The notes beneath the pieces were generated by a model. It was given only the letters and a program-made list of their open reading frames with translations. It was not told where the DNA came from and did not search any database. A program made the position numbers and the translations under genes. DNA of 64,000 bases, from contig OZ244999.1 in assembly GCA_965223265.1 (NCBI GenBank), positions 7,008,001 to 7,072,000 of the forward strand, in the 5' to 3' direction. Positions within the stretch are counted from its first letter, which is position 1. Each line of letters begins with the position of its first letter. This document shows positions 38,108-47,540 of this stretch, piece by piece. This DNA comes from Planctomycetota bacterium (GTDB lineage: Bacteria; Planctomycetota; UBA8108; SXIK01).

Positions 38108-40528
38108 ATGTCGAAAGCTCTTAGGCTCGTCTGCTGGGCGGGACTCACACTGGCCGCCATGGGAATCCTTGAGGTCATCCCAACTGTCGCGGCTTCCGCG
38201 AAGAGCGCAGCGAATCGCCGGCAACAGCTCGAATTCTTCGAGAATCGCATTCGCCCCGTGCTCGTCGAGAAGTGCTATGAATGCCACTCGGCTCGGGCGA
38301 AAACGCTCCAAGGGAATCTCCGACTCGACACGCGTGCGGGAGTTCTTCGCGGCGGCGACCTCGGGCCAGCCATCGTCGCGGGAAACGCTGCGGCGAGCCT
38401 TCTGATCAGAGCCCTCCGCTACGAGGATGAAGCGCTCGCGATGCCGCCGGCCGGACGCCTGCCCGAGAGCGTCATCGCCGACTTTGTACGTTGGATCAAC
38501 ATGGGCGCGCCGGATCCGCGCGATGATGCAGGACCGAACGACCACCCACCAGTCGACTTGAGCGCGGACGATCTATGGTCATTCGCACCGAACCGGGTGA
38601 GTGACCTGCCGGCGGTCAACGACGCCGCATGGGCTCGTTCGCCCATCGATCGTTTTATCCTGGCGCGGCTCGAGGCAGAGGGTCTCGCGCCTTCGCCGCC
38701 CGCATCACCACGTGAGCTCATTCGCCGCGCCACATACGATCTCATCGGCTTGCCGCCGACGCTCGACGAGATCGCCGCCTTTTTAGCAGACGAGCGTGTC
38801 GATGCCTTCGAGTGTTTAGTCGAACGCCTGCTCACGTCGCCGCACTACGGCGAACGATGGGGACGCCACTGGCTCGACGTGGCGCGATACGCCGATTCGA
38901 ACGGCGTCGATGAAAACCTCGCATTCGTGAACGCCTTTCGCTACCGCGATTACGTTATCGGTGCGTTCAATGCCGACAAACCGTTCGACCGTTTCATCCA
39001 CGAGCAGCTTGCCGGAGATCTACTGCCGGCCCCAGCGAGCGAATCGGACGCGCAGCGCTACGAACGCCTGACCGCCACTGGATTCCTTTCCATCGGTCCG
39101 AAGATGCTCGCCTGCGACGATGGTCGCAAGATGGAGCTCGATATCGTCGACGAGCAGCTCGACACGACCGCGCGCGCGTTCCTTGGGCTAACGATCGGCT
39201 GCGCTCGCTGTCACGATCACAAGTTCGACCCGATCTCTACCGCCGACTACTACTCGCTTGCAGGAATCTTCAAGTCCACCAAGACGATGGAGAACTTCAA
39301 GGTCGTCGCGCAGTGGCATGAGCACGCATTGGCGACGCCGGAAGAGCTGGCGGCGTACGAACACCACAACGAAAGGATCAAGGCGCTCGAAGCGAAAATC
39401 GAGGCGATCAACAAAGGCGACACTGAACCCCAGGCCAAGAAAGAAAAAGTCGATCGGCTGGAGGAAGAGAAGAAGAAACTCGAGGCCAGTCGCCCTGAGC
39501 TGGCGCGGGCCATGGGAGTGCGCGAAGGCAAAGTCGAAGACCTCGCAGTTCACATCCGCGGCAACTATCTGACGCTCGGCGAGAAGCGGCCACGCCAGTT
39601 CCCCGTTGCGCTTGCCGGCTCGCCGCAGCAGTCACTCCCTCAAAACGCCAGCGGCAGGCTCGAGCTTGCCCGCTGGCTGACGGCGCCGGCAAATCCACTG
39701 ACCGCGCGGGTCATCGTCAACCGACTCTGGCTCTGGCACTTCGGCGACGGACTTGTGCGCTCGCCGGACAACTTCGGTCGCCTCGGTGAGGCGCCGACCC
39801 ACCCCGAGCTTCTCGACTGGCTCGCCCGACGCTTCGTCGATGATGGCTGGTCGATGAAAGCGTTCCATCGTCTAGTGATGAACTCGGCGACTTACCGCAT
39901 GAGCACGCGCTACGCTCGGGTCGCCGACACCGCCGACCCGGAAAACCGACTCCTGTGGCGATTCCCCAGGCGTCGGCTCGGCGCCGAAGAGTTACGAGAC
40001 GCGCTCCTCATGCTCGGCGGCAGGCTCGATCGAACGTTGTACGGGCAGCTTCTCGCTCAAGCACCGCGTTCGTATGTCACGGGAACAGGGTCTAAGTCGT
40101 CGACCTACGACTTCCATCGACGCTCGATCTATTTGCCGATCTTGCGCAGCGCCGTGTATCAGATGTTCCAGGTCTTCGATTTTTCCGATCCAAGCGTCCT
40201 CAGCGGCAAGCGCGCCTCAACCACCATTGCGCCGCAGGCGTTGTTTCTTATGAACAGCCGGCTCGTCAGCCAGCAAACCGAGGCGCTCGCAAGAAGGCTC
40301 CTCGCGCTGCCGACGCCAGACGACCGCAGACGCCTTCAACACGCCTTCGAGAGCCTCTTCGCGCGCCGCGCGACAGCCAGCGAGCTTGACCGCTACGTCG
40401 ACTTCCTGCATCGTTATGAACGTGAACACGTACCGGAAGGAACACCCGATGCAGAGCGGCGACAACTTGCATGGCAGTCCCTCTGTCGCGTCCTCGTGGC
40501 GTCGAGTGAGTTCCTCTACCTTGAATAA
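38108..40528 (+). CDS. PSD1 and planctomycete cytochrome c protein (PSCyt1, DUF1549, DUF1553)
   Basis: FFENRIRPVLVEKCYECH, YGERWGRHWLDVARYADS, CARCHDHKFDPI, PTHPELLDWLA. Confidence 0.93.
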   Translation: MSKALRLVCWAGLTLAAMGILEVIPTVAASAKSAANRRQQLEFFENRIRPVLVEKCYECHSARAKTLQGNLRLDTRAGVLRGGDLGPAIVAGNAAASLLIRALRYEDEALAMPPAGRLPESVIADFVRWINMGAPDPRDDAGPNDHPPVDLSADDLWSFAPNRVSDLPAVNDAAWARSPIDRFILARLEAEGLAPSPPASPRELIRRATYDLIGLPPTLDEIAAFLADERVDAFECLVERLLTSPHYGERWGRHWLDVARYADSNGVDENLAFVNAFRYRDYVIGAFNADKPFDRFIHEQLAGDLLPAPASESDAQRYERLTATGFLSIGPKMLACDDGRKMELDIVDEQLDTTARAFLGLTIGCARCHDHKFDPISTADYYSLAGIFKSTKTMENFKVVAQWHEHALATPEELAAYEHHNERIKALEAKIEAINKGDTEPQAKKEKVDRLEEEKKKLEASRPELARAMGVREGKVEDLAVHIRGNYLTLGEKRPRQFPVALAGSPQQSLPQNASGRLELARWLTAPANPLTARVIVNRLWLWHFGDGLVRSPDNFGRLGEAPTHPELLDWLARRFVDDGWSMKAFHRLVMNSATYRMSTRYARVADTADPENRLLWRFPRRRLGAEELRDALLMLGGRLDRTLYGQLLAQAPRSYVTGTGSKSSTYDFHRRSIYLPILRSAVYQMFQVFDFSDPSVLSGKRASTTIAPQALFLMNSRLVSQQTEALARRLLALPTPDDRRRLQHAFESLFARRATASELDRYVDFLHRYEREHVPEGTPDAERRQLAWQSLCRVLVASSEFLYLE

Positions 40529-40563
40529 GCTGCTTCGACTCTTGCGCGAGATTCTTTGACACA

Positions 40564-42042
40564 ATGGCGACGCGCGCAGAAAAGTCCCAATGTTTCGATT
40601 TCGAGCCGCACCCGATGACGCGGCGCGATCTCCTCCGCCGCTCGAGCATCGGCTTCGGACACGTCGCCCTTGCGGGGTTGCTTGCAAGCACGGACCGGGA
40701 TGCCGTCGCGGCGCCGGAGGTCAAGCTAAAGCGTGACGGCGAAGAACGCCCTGGCCCCTTGACGCCGCGAGCGGCTCACCTTGCGGCCCGCGCCAGACGA
40801 GTCATCTTCATGTTCATGCACGGCGGCCCATCGCAAGTCGACACCTTCGACTACAAGCCTCGCCTGCAGCGCGATGGCGGCAAGCCGTTCCCCGGCAAGA
40901 AGCCGCGGATCGTCTCTGGCAAGACCGGAAATCTGCTCGCCTCGCCGTGGCAGTTCAAACGCTACGGCGCGTCCGGTATTCACGTCTCAGACCTGTTTCC
41001 GCACGTCGGAGCTATGGTCGACGACCTCTGCATCATTAATTCGATGCACGGCTCGAACTCGCGCCACGGCGGCGCACTGCTCGAGCTGCACACCGGATCC
41101 GACACGTTCGTGCGTCCGTCGATGGGATCGTGGATCACCTACGGTCTGGGCAGCGAGAATGAGAACCTGCCCGGGTTCATCACGATCTGCCCAACGCTCG
41201 GCCATGGCGGTGTCAACGCGTGGTCGTCGGCATTTCTGCCAGCACACTACCAGGGCACTCCGATCGGCACGTCAGCGATCAAGGCTGACGCTGCCAAGAT
41301 CCACTACATCGAGAATGATGCGTTGTCGCACCACGCGCAGCGCAGTGAACTCGATCTTCTGCGACGCACCAACCTCGATCACCTCAAGCGAACAGGACCA
41401 GACGATGCACTCGAATCACGCATCGAGTCGTTTGAGCTCGCATTTCGCATGCAGCGCGAGGTGCCGACACTACAAGACTTGAGCGGCGAGAGCGCGGCGA
41501 CGAAGAAACTCTACGGCATCGACGACCCGATCACTCGCAACTTCGGGCTCCAGTGCCTCATGGCGCGACGTTTCTGTGAGGCCGGTGTGCGGTTCGTGCA
41601 GGTGACGCACAGCTACAAGTGGGATCAACACTCAAAGTTGAGGGAGGCCCACGCTCGCAACGCGGCGGAAGTCGATCGACCGATGGCAGGCCTCCTGCGC
41701 GATCTCAAACAGCGCGGCCTGCTTCACGACACGCTCGTTCTTTGGGGTGGAGAGTTCGGCCGCACGCCCGTCGAGCAGGGCAACAAAAACGGACGCGACC
41801 ACAACCCTCACGCTGCGTCGATGTTTCTCGCTGGCGGTGGCGTTCGCGGTGGACTTCGCTACGGTAGCACCGACGACTACGGCTATTATGCGGTCGAGAA
41901 CAAGGTGCACTTCCACGACCTGCACGCGACGCTGCTCCACCTACTCGGGCTGGACCATGAGCGGCTGACCTATCGCTATGCTGGCCGCGATTTCCGGCTC
42001 ACGGATGTGCACGGCCGCGTCGTGAACGACATCATCGCCTGA
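40564..42042 (+). CDS. DUF1501 family protein (Tat signal)
   Basis: MTRRDLL, MHGGPSQVDTFDYKP, WDQH, GEFGRTP, GRDHNP. Confidence 0.93.
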   Translation: MATRAEKSQCFDFEPHPMTRRDLLRRSSIGFGHVALAGLLASTDRDAVAAPEVKLKRDGEERPGPLTPRAAHLAARARRVIFMFMHGGPSQVDTFDYKPRLQRDGGKPFPGKKPRIVSGKTGNLLASPWQFKRYGASGIHVSDLFPHVGAMVDDLCIINSMHGSNSRHGGALLELHTGSDTFVRPSMGSWITYGLGSENENLPGFITICPTLGHGGVNAWSSAFLPAHYQGTPIGTSAIKADAAKIHYIENDALSHHAQRSELDLLRRTNLDHLKRTGPDDALESRIESFELAFRMQREVPTLQDLSGESAATKKLYGIDDPITRNFGLQCLMARRFCEAGVRFVQVTHSYKWDQHSKLREAHARNAAEVDRPMAGLLRDLKQRGLLHDTLVLWGGEFGRTPVEQGNKNGRDHNPHAASMFLAGGGVRGGLRYGSTDDYGYYAVENKVHFHDLHATLLHLLGLDHERLTYRYAGRDFRLTDVHGRVVNDIIA

Positions 42043-42162
42043 CCAATCGCTGGCCCGAAACGGAGGCTCGCTCGGAACGTTCACACCCGTGAGGCGACAG
42101 CGGGCAAGCCGACCTCCTGGGGCGAGAGTAACCAGGCAAAAGAAACCTAAAGGAGAACCTCC

Positions 42163-43269
42163 GTGCTTCAGGATCTCGACACGCAGGTAGTCTACCGCAA
42201 CCCAAAGCCCTACCTCCGCTCTGTGCACGCCAGCTTTCCGTCCGTCGTTGAGATGCCGGACGGCGAACTGATCGCGGTGTTCGTGCTCGGGGAAGCGTTC
42301 GAGGCGGTGAACCTGCGTCTGCACAAAGCGCGATCGACAGACGGTGGCGAGACGTGGAGGCACGAAGGTCAAGTCTTCAGCGATATCGAAGGGAACCCGG
42401 TTTCGGAGGCTGCCCGCATCTCTCTCACTCCCGAGGGTGAGATCTTCATGGTCCTTTGGCGCGCGGACAGATCAGAACATATCGACGAAGGCTTAGCGAA
42501 CGAAGCGACGCTCGGCATGGCACCCAACCAGTTTCTGACCTGTCGGTCAGCGGATGGCGGCCGTTCCTGGACGACGCCTGAACCGCTCGCGTCACCGCTC
42601 GAAGGTCCGGGATTCGAGCTCTGCTCTCCGATCACCGTACTCAACTCGTCGCGCTGGCTGCTACCGACCTCGACCTGGCCGAGCTGGGACGGCCATCTGC
42701 CGAACGGCCACCGCATGGTCGCCTTCATCTCCGAAGACCGTGGCCGCATCTGGCCGCGCTACGCCGACGTCATGGTGCACCCGTCGAAACCCGTGAACTA
42801 CTGGGAGTCGAAGATCGTCGCGCTCCCGGACGAGAGGTTGCTCGCCGTGGCGTGGGCCTACGACACAGAAGCCAAGCGCGATCTACCGAATCAATACGCG
42901 ATCAGCAGCGACGGCGGCGCGACGTGGACGCCTCCAGCATCGATGGAGCTGACGGGACAGACGCTGACGCCACTCGTGCTCGACGATGGTCGCATTCTCT
43001 GCGTCTATCGCCGCATGGATATCTCGGGCCTATGGGCGCAGCTAGCACACCTCGACGGCGAACGCTGGGTGAACGGCGGGGCCGAGCCGCTTTGGGGCCA
43101 CAACGCTGGCGGTTTGACGCGAACCTCGGAGTCCATGGCGAAGAACTTTCAGTCGCTTCGCTTCGGTGCGCCTTGTCTTACGCGCCTCGAAGACGGACGA
43201 ATCCTCGTTGCGTTTTGGTGCTACGAGGACTGCGTCGGAATCATCCGGACGTTTCGATTTCGCCTCTAG
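42163..43269 (+). CDS. Sialidase-family / BNR (Asp-box) repeat protein
   Basis: Asp boxes STDGGETW, SADGGRSW, SEDRGRIW and SSDGGATW. RBS AAGGAG. Confidence 0.85.
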   Translation: MLQDLDTQVVYRNPKPYLRSVHASFPSVVEMPDGELIAVFVLGEAFEAVNLRLHKARSTDGGETWRHEGQVFSDIEGNPVSEAARISLTPEGEIFMVLWRADRSEHIDEGLANEATLGMAPNQFLTCRSADGGRSWTTPEPLASPLEGPGFELCSPITVLNSSRWLLPTSTWPSWDGHLPNGHRMVAFISEDRGRIWPRYADVMVHPSKPVNYWESKIVALPDERLLAVAWAYDTEAKRDLPNQYAISSDGGATWTPPASMELTGQTLTPLVLDDGRILCVYRRMDISGLWAQLAHLDGERWVNGGAEPLWGHNAGGLTRTSESMAKNFQSLRFGAPCLTRLEDGRILVAFWCYEDCVGIIRTFRFRL

Positions 43270-43299
43270 CGCCGCAGCCTCAGACGGCGAAGGAACCTC

Positions 43300-44649
43300 A
43301 TGTCGCACCAAACGAGTCCGGACCGTCGCAGCCCCGAAGCCAGAGAGCTCGGCTTCGAGACCCGCACAATTCACGCCGGTCAGCGTCCTGACCCGAACAC
43401 GGGGGCGCGCGCCGTGCCGATCTTTCAGACGACGAGCTACGTTTTCGAGGACACCGAGGCCGCGGCTGCGTACTTCAATCTCCAAGAGTACGGCAACACA
43501 TACTCCCGCATCATGAATCCGACGGTGGCGGCGTTCGAGGAACGCATGGCAAACCTCGAGGGCGGAGTCGGAGCGGTCGCGTTCGCCAGCGGGCTCGCCG
43601 CACAGGCCTCGGCGCTGTTCACGCTCCTCAGACCTGGAGACCACGTGGTCGCCTCGAGCGCGCTCTACGGCGGTACCGTGACGCAGCTCAAGCATCTCCT
43701 CGGCAAACTCTCCGTCGATCTGACGTTCGTTGACCCGGACGATCTCGACGCCTGGAAGGGTGCACTCCAAGAAAACACGAAAGCTCTTTACGGCGAGACG
43801 ATCGGCAACCCAGGCGGTAACGTGCTGGACATCGAGTCGGTCGCGAAGATTGCGCACGATCATGGGACACCGCTGATCGTCGATAGTACGTTTGCGACAC
43901 CGTTTCTCTGCCGCCCGATGGAGTGGGGTGCGGACATTGTGATCCATTCCGCAACCAAGTTCATCGGCGGCCACGGCACCAGCATCGGTGGTGTCGTCGT
44001 CGACGAAGGATCTTTTGACTGGTCGAACGGTCGTTTTCCCGGCATCGCCGAACCTTCACCCGCCTATCACGGGCTCGCGTTCCACGAGACGTTCGGTTTC
44101 TATGGTTTTCTGATGAAGCTACGCGCTGAGACCTTGCGAGATCTCGGTGCGGCTATGAGCCCCTTCAACGCTTTTCTCTTCTTGCAAGGCTTGGAGACAC
44201 TGTCACTGCGCATGGAGCGCCACGTTGAGAATGCATTCGCTCTAGCAACTTTTCTCGATCGCCATCCGATGGTCAAACGCGTCGCATACCCAGGACTCCC
44301 GACTAGCCGATACGGCCCGTTCATCGAGAAGTATCTGCCACGCGGCGCTGGGGCGATCTTCTCCTTCGACATCGAAGGAGGACGGACTGCGGGAGAGAAG
44401 TTCATCATGGCACTCGATCTCTGGAGCCATCTCGCCAACGTCGGCGACGCCAAGAGCCTTGTGATCCATCCCGCCAGCACGACGCACCGCCAGCTCAGCG
44501 ATAGCGAACTACTCGCCGCGGGGATCGGCCCGGGAACGATTCGGCTGTCGGTCGGACTGGAGACGCTCGATGATCTCAAAGCGGACCTTGAGCAAGGATT
44601 CCAAGCCGCCGAACGAACGAATCAACCGGTCGAGGAGACGCGACCGTGA
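43300..44649 (+). CDS. metY: O-acetylhomoserine aminocarboxypropyltransferase (sulfhydrylase)
   Basis: [29 protein letters not shown] (PLP Lys), [20 protein letters not shown]. Confidence 0.93.
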   Translation: MSHQTSPDRRSPEARELGFETRTIHAGQRPDPNTGARAVPIFQTTSYVFEDTEAAAAYFNLQEYGNTYSRIMNPTVAAFEERMANLEGGVGAVAFASGLAAQASALFTLLRPGDHVVASSALYGGTVTQLKHLLGKLSVDLTFVDPDDLDAWKGALQENTKALYGETIGNPGGNVLDIESVAKIAHDHGTPLIVDSTFATPFLCRPMEWGADIVIHSATKFIGGHGTSIGGVVVDEGSFDWSNGRFPGIAEPSPAYHGLAFHETFGFYGFLMKLRAETLRDLGAAMSPFNAFLFLQGLETLSLRMERHVENAFALATFLDRHPMVKRVAYPGLPTSRYGPFIEKYLPRGAGAIFSFDIEGGRTAGEKFIMALDLWSHLANVGDAKSLVIHPASTTHRQLSDSELLAAGIGPGTIRLSVGLETLDDLKADLEQGFQAAERTNQPVEETRP

Positions 44650-45176
44650 ACGATGCAGCGCCCGATAGAGGAAACTCCACGGCAGCCGCGGCGAGCTTCG
44701 ACGTGACGCGCCACCAAGATGCCCGTGCGATTCAAAGCCTTCTGCGCTCCATGCGCACAGTCGCCATCGTCGGCCTGTCGGCGAACGAGCTACGCGCGAG
44801 CAACTTCGTCGGTTTCTATCTGAAAAACCACGGCTACCGCGTCGTGCCGGTCAACCCACGGGAAAAGGAAATCCTTGGCGAGTCGAGCTATCCGAGTTTG
44901 CGCGACGTACCGCTCGCGATCGACGTCGTCGACGTCTTCAGAGCGCCAAAAGTCGTTCCGGCCATCGCAAAAGAGGCGGTCGAGATCGGTGCCAAGGCGC
45001 TGTGGCTGCAATTCGGTGTGATCAGCCCAGAAGGTGTGAGGATCGCCGAGCAAGGCGGTCTGAAGGTCGTCGTCGACCGTTGCCTCAAGATCGAGCACGC
45101 CCGCTTCATGGGCCGCATGCACTGGCTCGGCTTCAACACGGGCCAGGTGACCTCACGGCGCGGGCCGCTGCAGTAG
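44646..45176 (+). CDS. CoA-binding protein (YccU-like)
   Basis: VAIVGLS, VVPVNP, DVVDVFR, ALWLQFG, DRCLKIEH. Coupled to metY. Confidence 0.92.
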   Translation: MNDAAPDRGNSTAAAASFDVTRHQDARAIQSLLRSMRTVAIVGLSANELRASNFVGFYLKNHGYRVVPVNPREKEILGESSYPSLRDVPLAIDVVDVFRAPKVVPAIAKEAVEIGAKALWLQFGVISPEGVRIAEQGGLKVVVDRCLKIEHARFMGRMHWLGFNTGQVTSRRGPLQ

Positions 45177-45248
45177 CGGGCCCGGAGGGACGTCAGGTCA
45201 AAGTGCTTCGCGGAGCGGTCCCGGTTCCGGTCTGCGTTTCCGTAGCCG

Positions 45249-45538
45249 TCACGCACACGCACACCCACACGCACACGCCAACAAGACCGGACGGCACGGT
45301 CCACGCTCACGGTTCACGGTTCACGGTTCACGGCACACGCTCACGGCACACGCTCACGGCACACGCTCACGGCACACGCTCACGGCACACGCACACGCAC
45401 ACGCACACGCACACGCACACGCACACGCACACGCACACGCACACGCTCACGCACACGCTCACGCTCACGCTCACGCTCACGGCACACTCACACCCACACC
45501 CACACCCACACGCTCACGCACACCCACACCCACTCACC
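45249..45538. repeat. Compound CAC-hexamer microsatellite (CACGCA, CACGCT, CACGG, CACCCA units)
   Basis: Directly visible between convergent genes. Confidence 0.95.
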
Positions 45539-45563
45539 GGCGGCGCGAACGCCGGACGCCCGG

Positions 45564-46022
45564 CTACGACTGATCGCCGGGCACAGGCACCGGGCGGTCA
45601 CGCTCGGCCGGCACGACGCACAAAAACCCGAATGGCTCCGAGCCTTCGCGGTTGCAGAATTGGTGCACGTCCCAGGGCGCCACGTGAATCACATCGCCAA
45701 AGGAGACGCTCTGCTTCCGTTCGCCGAGCTCGACGTGACCGCGACCCCGCACGATCACCACGACGTGTTCATGCTCGTGCTTTTCGCGGCTGGAGAAGCC
45801 ACCGGGCTCGACTTCGAAGTAACGCAATTGAAACGGCGTCGCGATCGCGTCGCTCCCGCCAACCAGTGACGTCCGCGACACGCCACGCCAGTTTTGCGTT
45901 CCGTCTTCTTTGTAGACCGTCCGCACACGGTCCAGCCACGCGAACCCATCCTTGAAGCTCAGAATGCGACTCTGAGACTCCCCGGAGACTTCGACTCCGC
46001 TCTGTGGCTTGCGATCTTCCAT
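45564..46022 (-). CDS. Cupin domain protein
   Basis: LRYFEVEPGGFSSREKHEHEHVVVIVRGRG and PWDVHQF. Confidence 0.88.
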   Translation of the reverse strand: MEDRKPQSGVEVSGESQSRILSFKDGFAWLDRVRTVYKEDGTQNWRGVSRTSLVGGSDAIATPFQLRYFEVEPGGFSSREKHEHEHVVVIVRGRGHVELGERKQSVSFGDVIHVAPWDVHQFCNREGSEPFGFLCVVPAERDRPVPVPGDQS

Positions 46023-46045
46023 GGATCGATCGTCGTGGCTTAGCG

Positions 46046-47383
46046 TTAGATCAGCTCGCGGATGAAGTCGCGCTGCTCGAGCAGATGCCGCGGTCGACCT
46101 GAGAAGTCGTTCAGCGTCGTCGCTGGATCGATGCCGAGATGGCGATAGATCATCGCCAGGACGTTTCCGGGATGGTAGACGGCTTCGGTTGGCTCCTCAC
46201 CGAGCGAGTTCGACGCACCGACGATCTGTCCGACGCGAAGTCCACCGCCCGAGAAAAGTACGCTCATGAGTGGGCCCCAGTGGTCGCGCCCGGCGTTTTG
46301 GTTGATCTTGGGTGTGCGGCCGAACTCGCCCATGGCCACCACCAAGACGTCGCAGTCAAGCCCACGCGCGTAGATGTCTTCCACGAGAGCCGTGACTCCC
46401 TGATCGTAGGGCGGGCAGAGATTCTTGAGCGCCGGCTCGATCCGCTGGTGGTTGTCCCAACCAATGACGCGCACACTGACGAAAGTAACACCCGCTTCGA
46501 CGAGGCGGCGAGCGAGGAGCATGCCCTGTCCGACGGTCGTGCGCCCGTAATGATCACGCAGGCGCTGGTCTTCGCGGTCGAGCTCGAACGCTTCGCGAGC
46601 GCGGTTGCTCGTGACGAGCTCGAAGGCCTCTTGAGTGAACCGATCGAGGGCTCGCGCTGCGTTGACGTCGCGGAGGCGCCGCATGCGATCGAACTCTTCG
46701 CGCAGCTGCCGGCGCCCTTCGAGTCGCGACACAGGAACGCTCGCGTCAAGTGCCAGATTGTCGACGCGGAAGTCGGCGTCGTTCGGATCCTTTCCGACGT
46801 CGAAGGGGTTGAACGCATTGCCGAGGAACGCCGAGCGTCCGTTACGCATGACTTTTGGCACTGCGACGTATGCAGGCATGCCCACGGCGCCGGCACCGCG
46901 CAGCTTAGCGGCGACCGAGCCGATGCACGGAAACTGATTCGGGCCGCCCTTGAGCCCGGTCTTGTAGTACCCCGTTTGTGTGAGGTGGCTCGAAGGATCG
47001 TGTGAGTTGTGGCGATGGCGTACCGAACGAACGATGGCGAGCTTATCGACGATCCGCGCCTGCCGAGACATGAGGTCGCTGAAGAGCACGCCCGGCAGGT
47101 TGGTGTCGACGAAGCCGAACATGCCGCGGCACTCGCGCGGCGCGTCGGGCTTCGGATCGTAGGTCTCGAACTGACTCGGGCCGCCGGCAAGCTCGAGAAA
47201 AATCACGGACGTCTGCCGAGGCGCGGCGCCGTTCGCCGCGCTACGGCTGCGCGCCGCGAGCACCTGGGGCAGCGACAGCCCAAGGCAACTCAGCCCACCG
47301 ATCTCGAGAAAACGCCGGCGATGGAGTTGCGAATGCAGGCCACGGTGGGCGCTTTGAGCATCGGCATCGTCGATGTGAAGCAT
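46046..47383 (-). CDS. DUF1501 family protein (Tat signal)
   Basis: RRRFLEIG, GGPSQFETYDPKP, ARRLVEAGVTFV, GEFGRTPKIN, GRDHW. RBS GGAGG. Confidence 0.92.
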   Translation of the reverse strand: MLHIDDADAQSAHRGLHSQLHRRRFLEIGGLSCLGLSLPQVLAARSRSAANGAAPRQTSVIFLELAGGPSQFETYDPKPDAPRECRGMFGFVDTNLPGVLFSDLMSRQARIVDKLAIVRSVRHRHNSHDPSSHLTQTGYYKTGLKGGPNQFPCIGSVAAKLRGAGAVGMPAYVAVPKVMRNGRSAFLGNAFNPFDVGKDPNDADFRVDNLALDASVPVSRLEGRRQLREEFDRMRRLRDVNAARALDRFTQEAFELVTSNRAREAFELDREDQRLRDHYGRTTVGQGMLLARRLVEAGVTFVSVRVIGWDNHQRIEPALKNLCPPYDQGVTALVEDIYARGLDCDVLVVAMGEFGRTPKINQNAGRDHWGPLMSVLFSGGGLRVGQIVGASNSLGEEPTEAVYHPGNVLAMIYRHLGIDPATTLNDFSGRPRHLLEQRDFIRELI

Positions 47384-47540
47384 CACAGTCCTCCGGGCTC
47401 GGCGAGCTCGTCCTACGAGCATTTCACTTTAGGCCGAAGGGCACTCGTGGGTCAAGCGCGCACGGCGGAGAACTTGGCCTGATTCAAGCGCTCAGCGTCG
47501 GCGGCGTCAGGCACTACGACCAAGGCGCTGCCCGCACGCG

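Noticed and set aside
43270-43300. SAM riboswitch upstream of metY
   Set aside because: Only a 30-bp gap follows the upstream gene, leaving no room or motif.
45002-45955. 317-aa ORF with HTHTHT repeats, and similar ORFs over 7630-8062 and 51703-52419 (VCVG, HAHA, HGHG, RDRD)
   Set aside because: These are translations of hexamer microsatellites, open in several frames, without an RBS and partly overlapping real genes.
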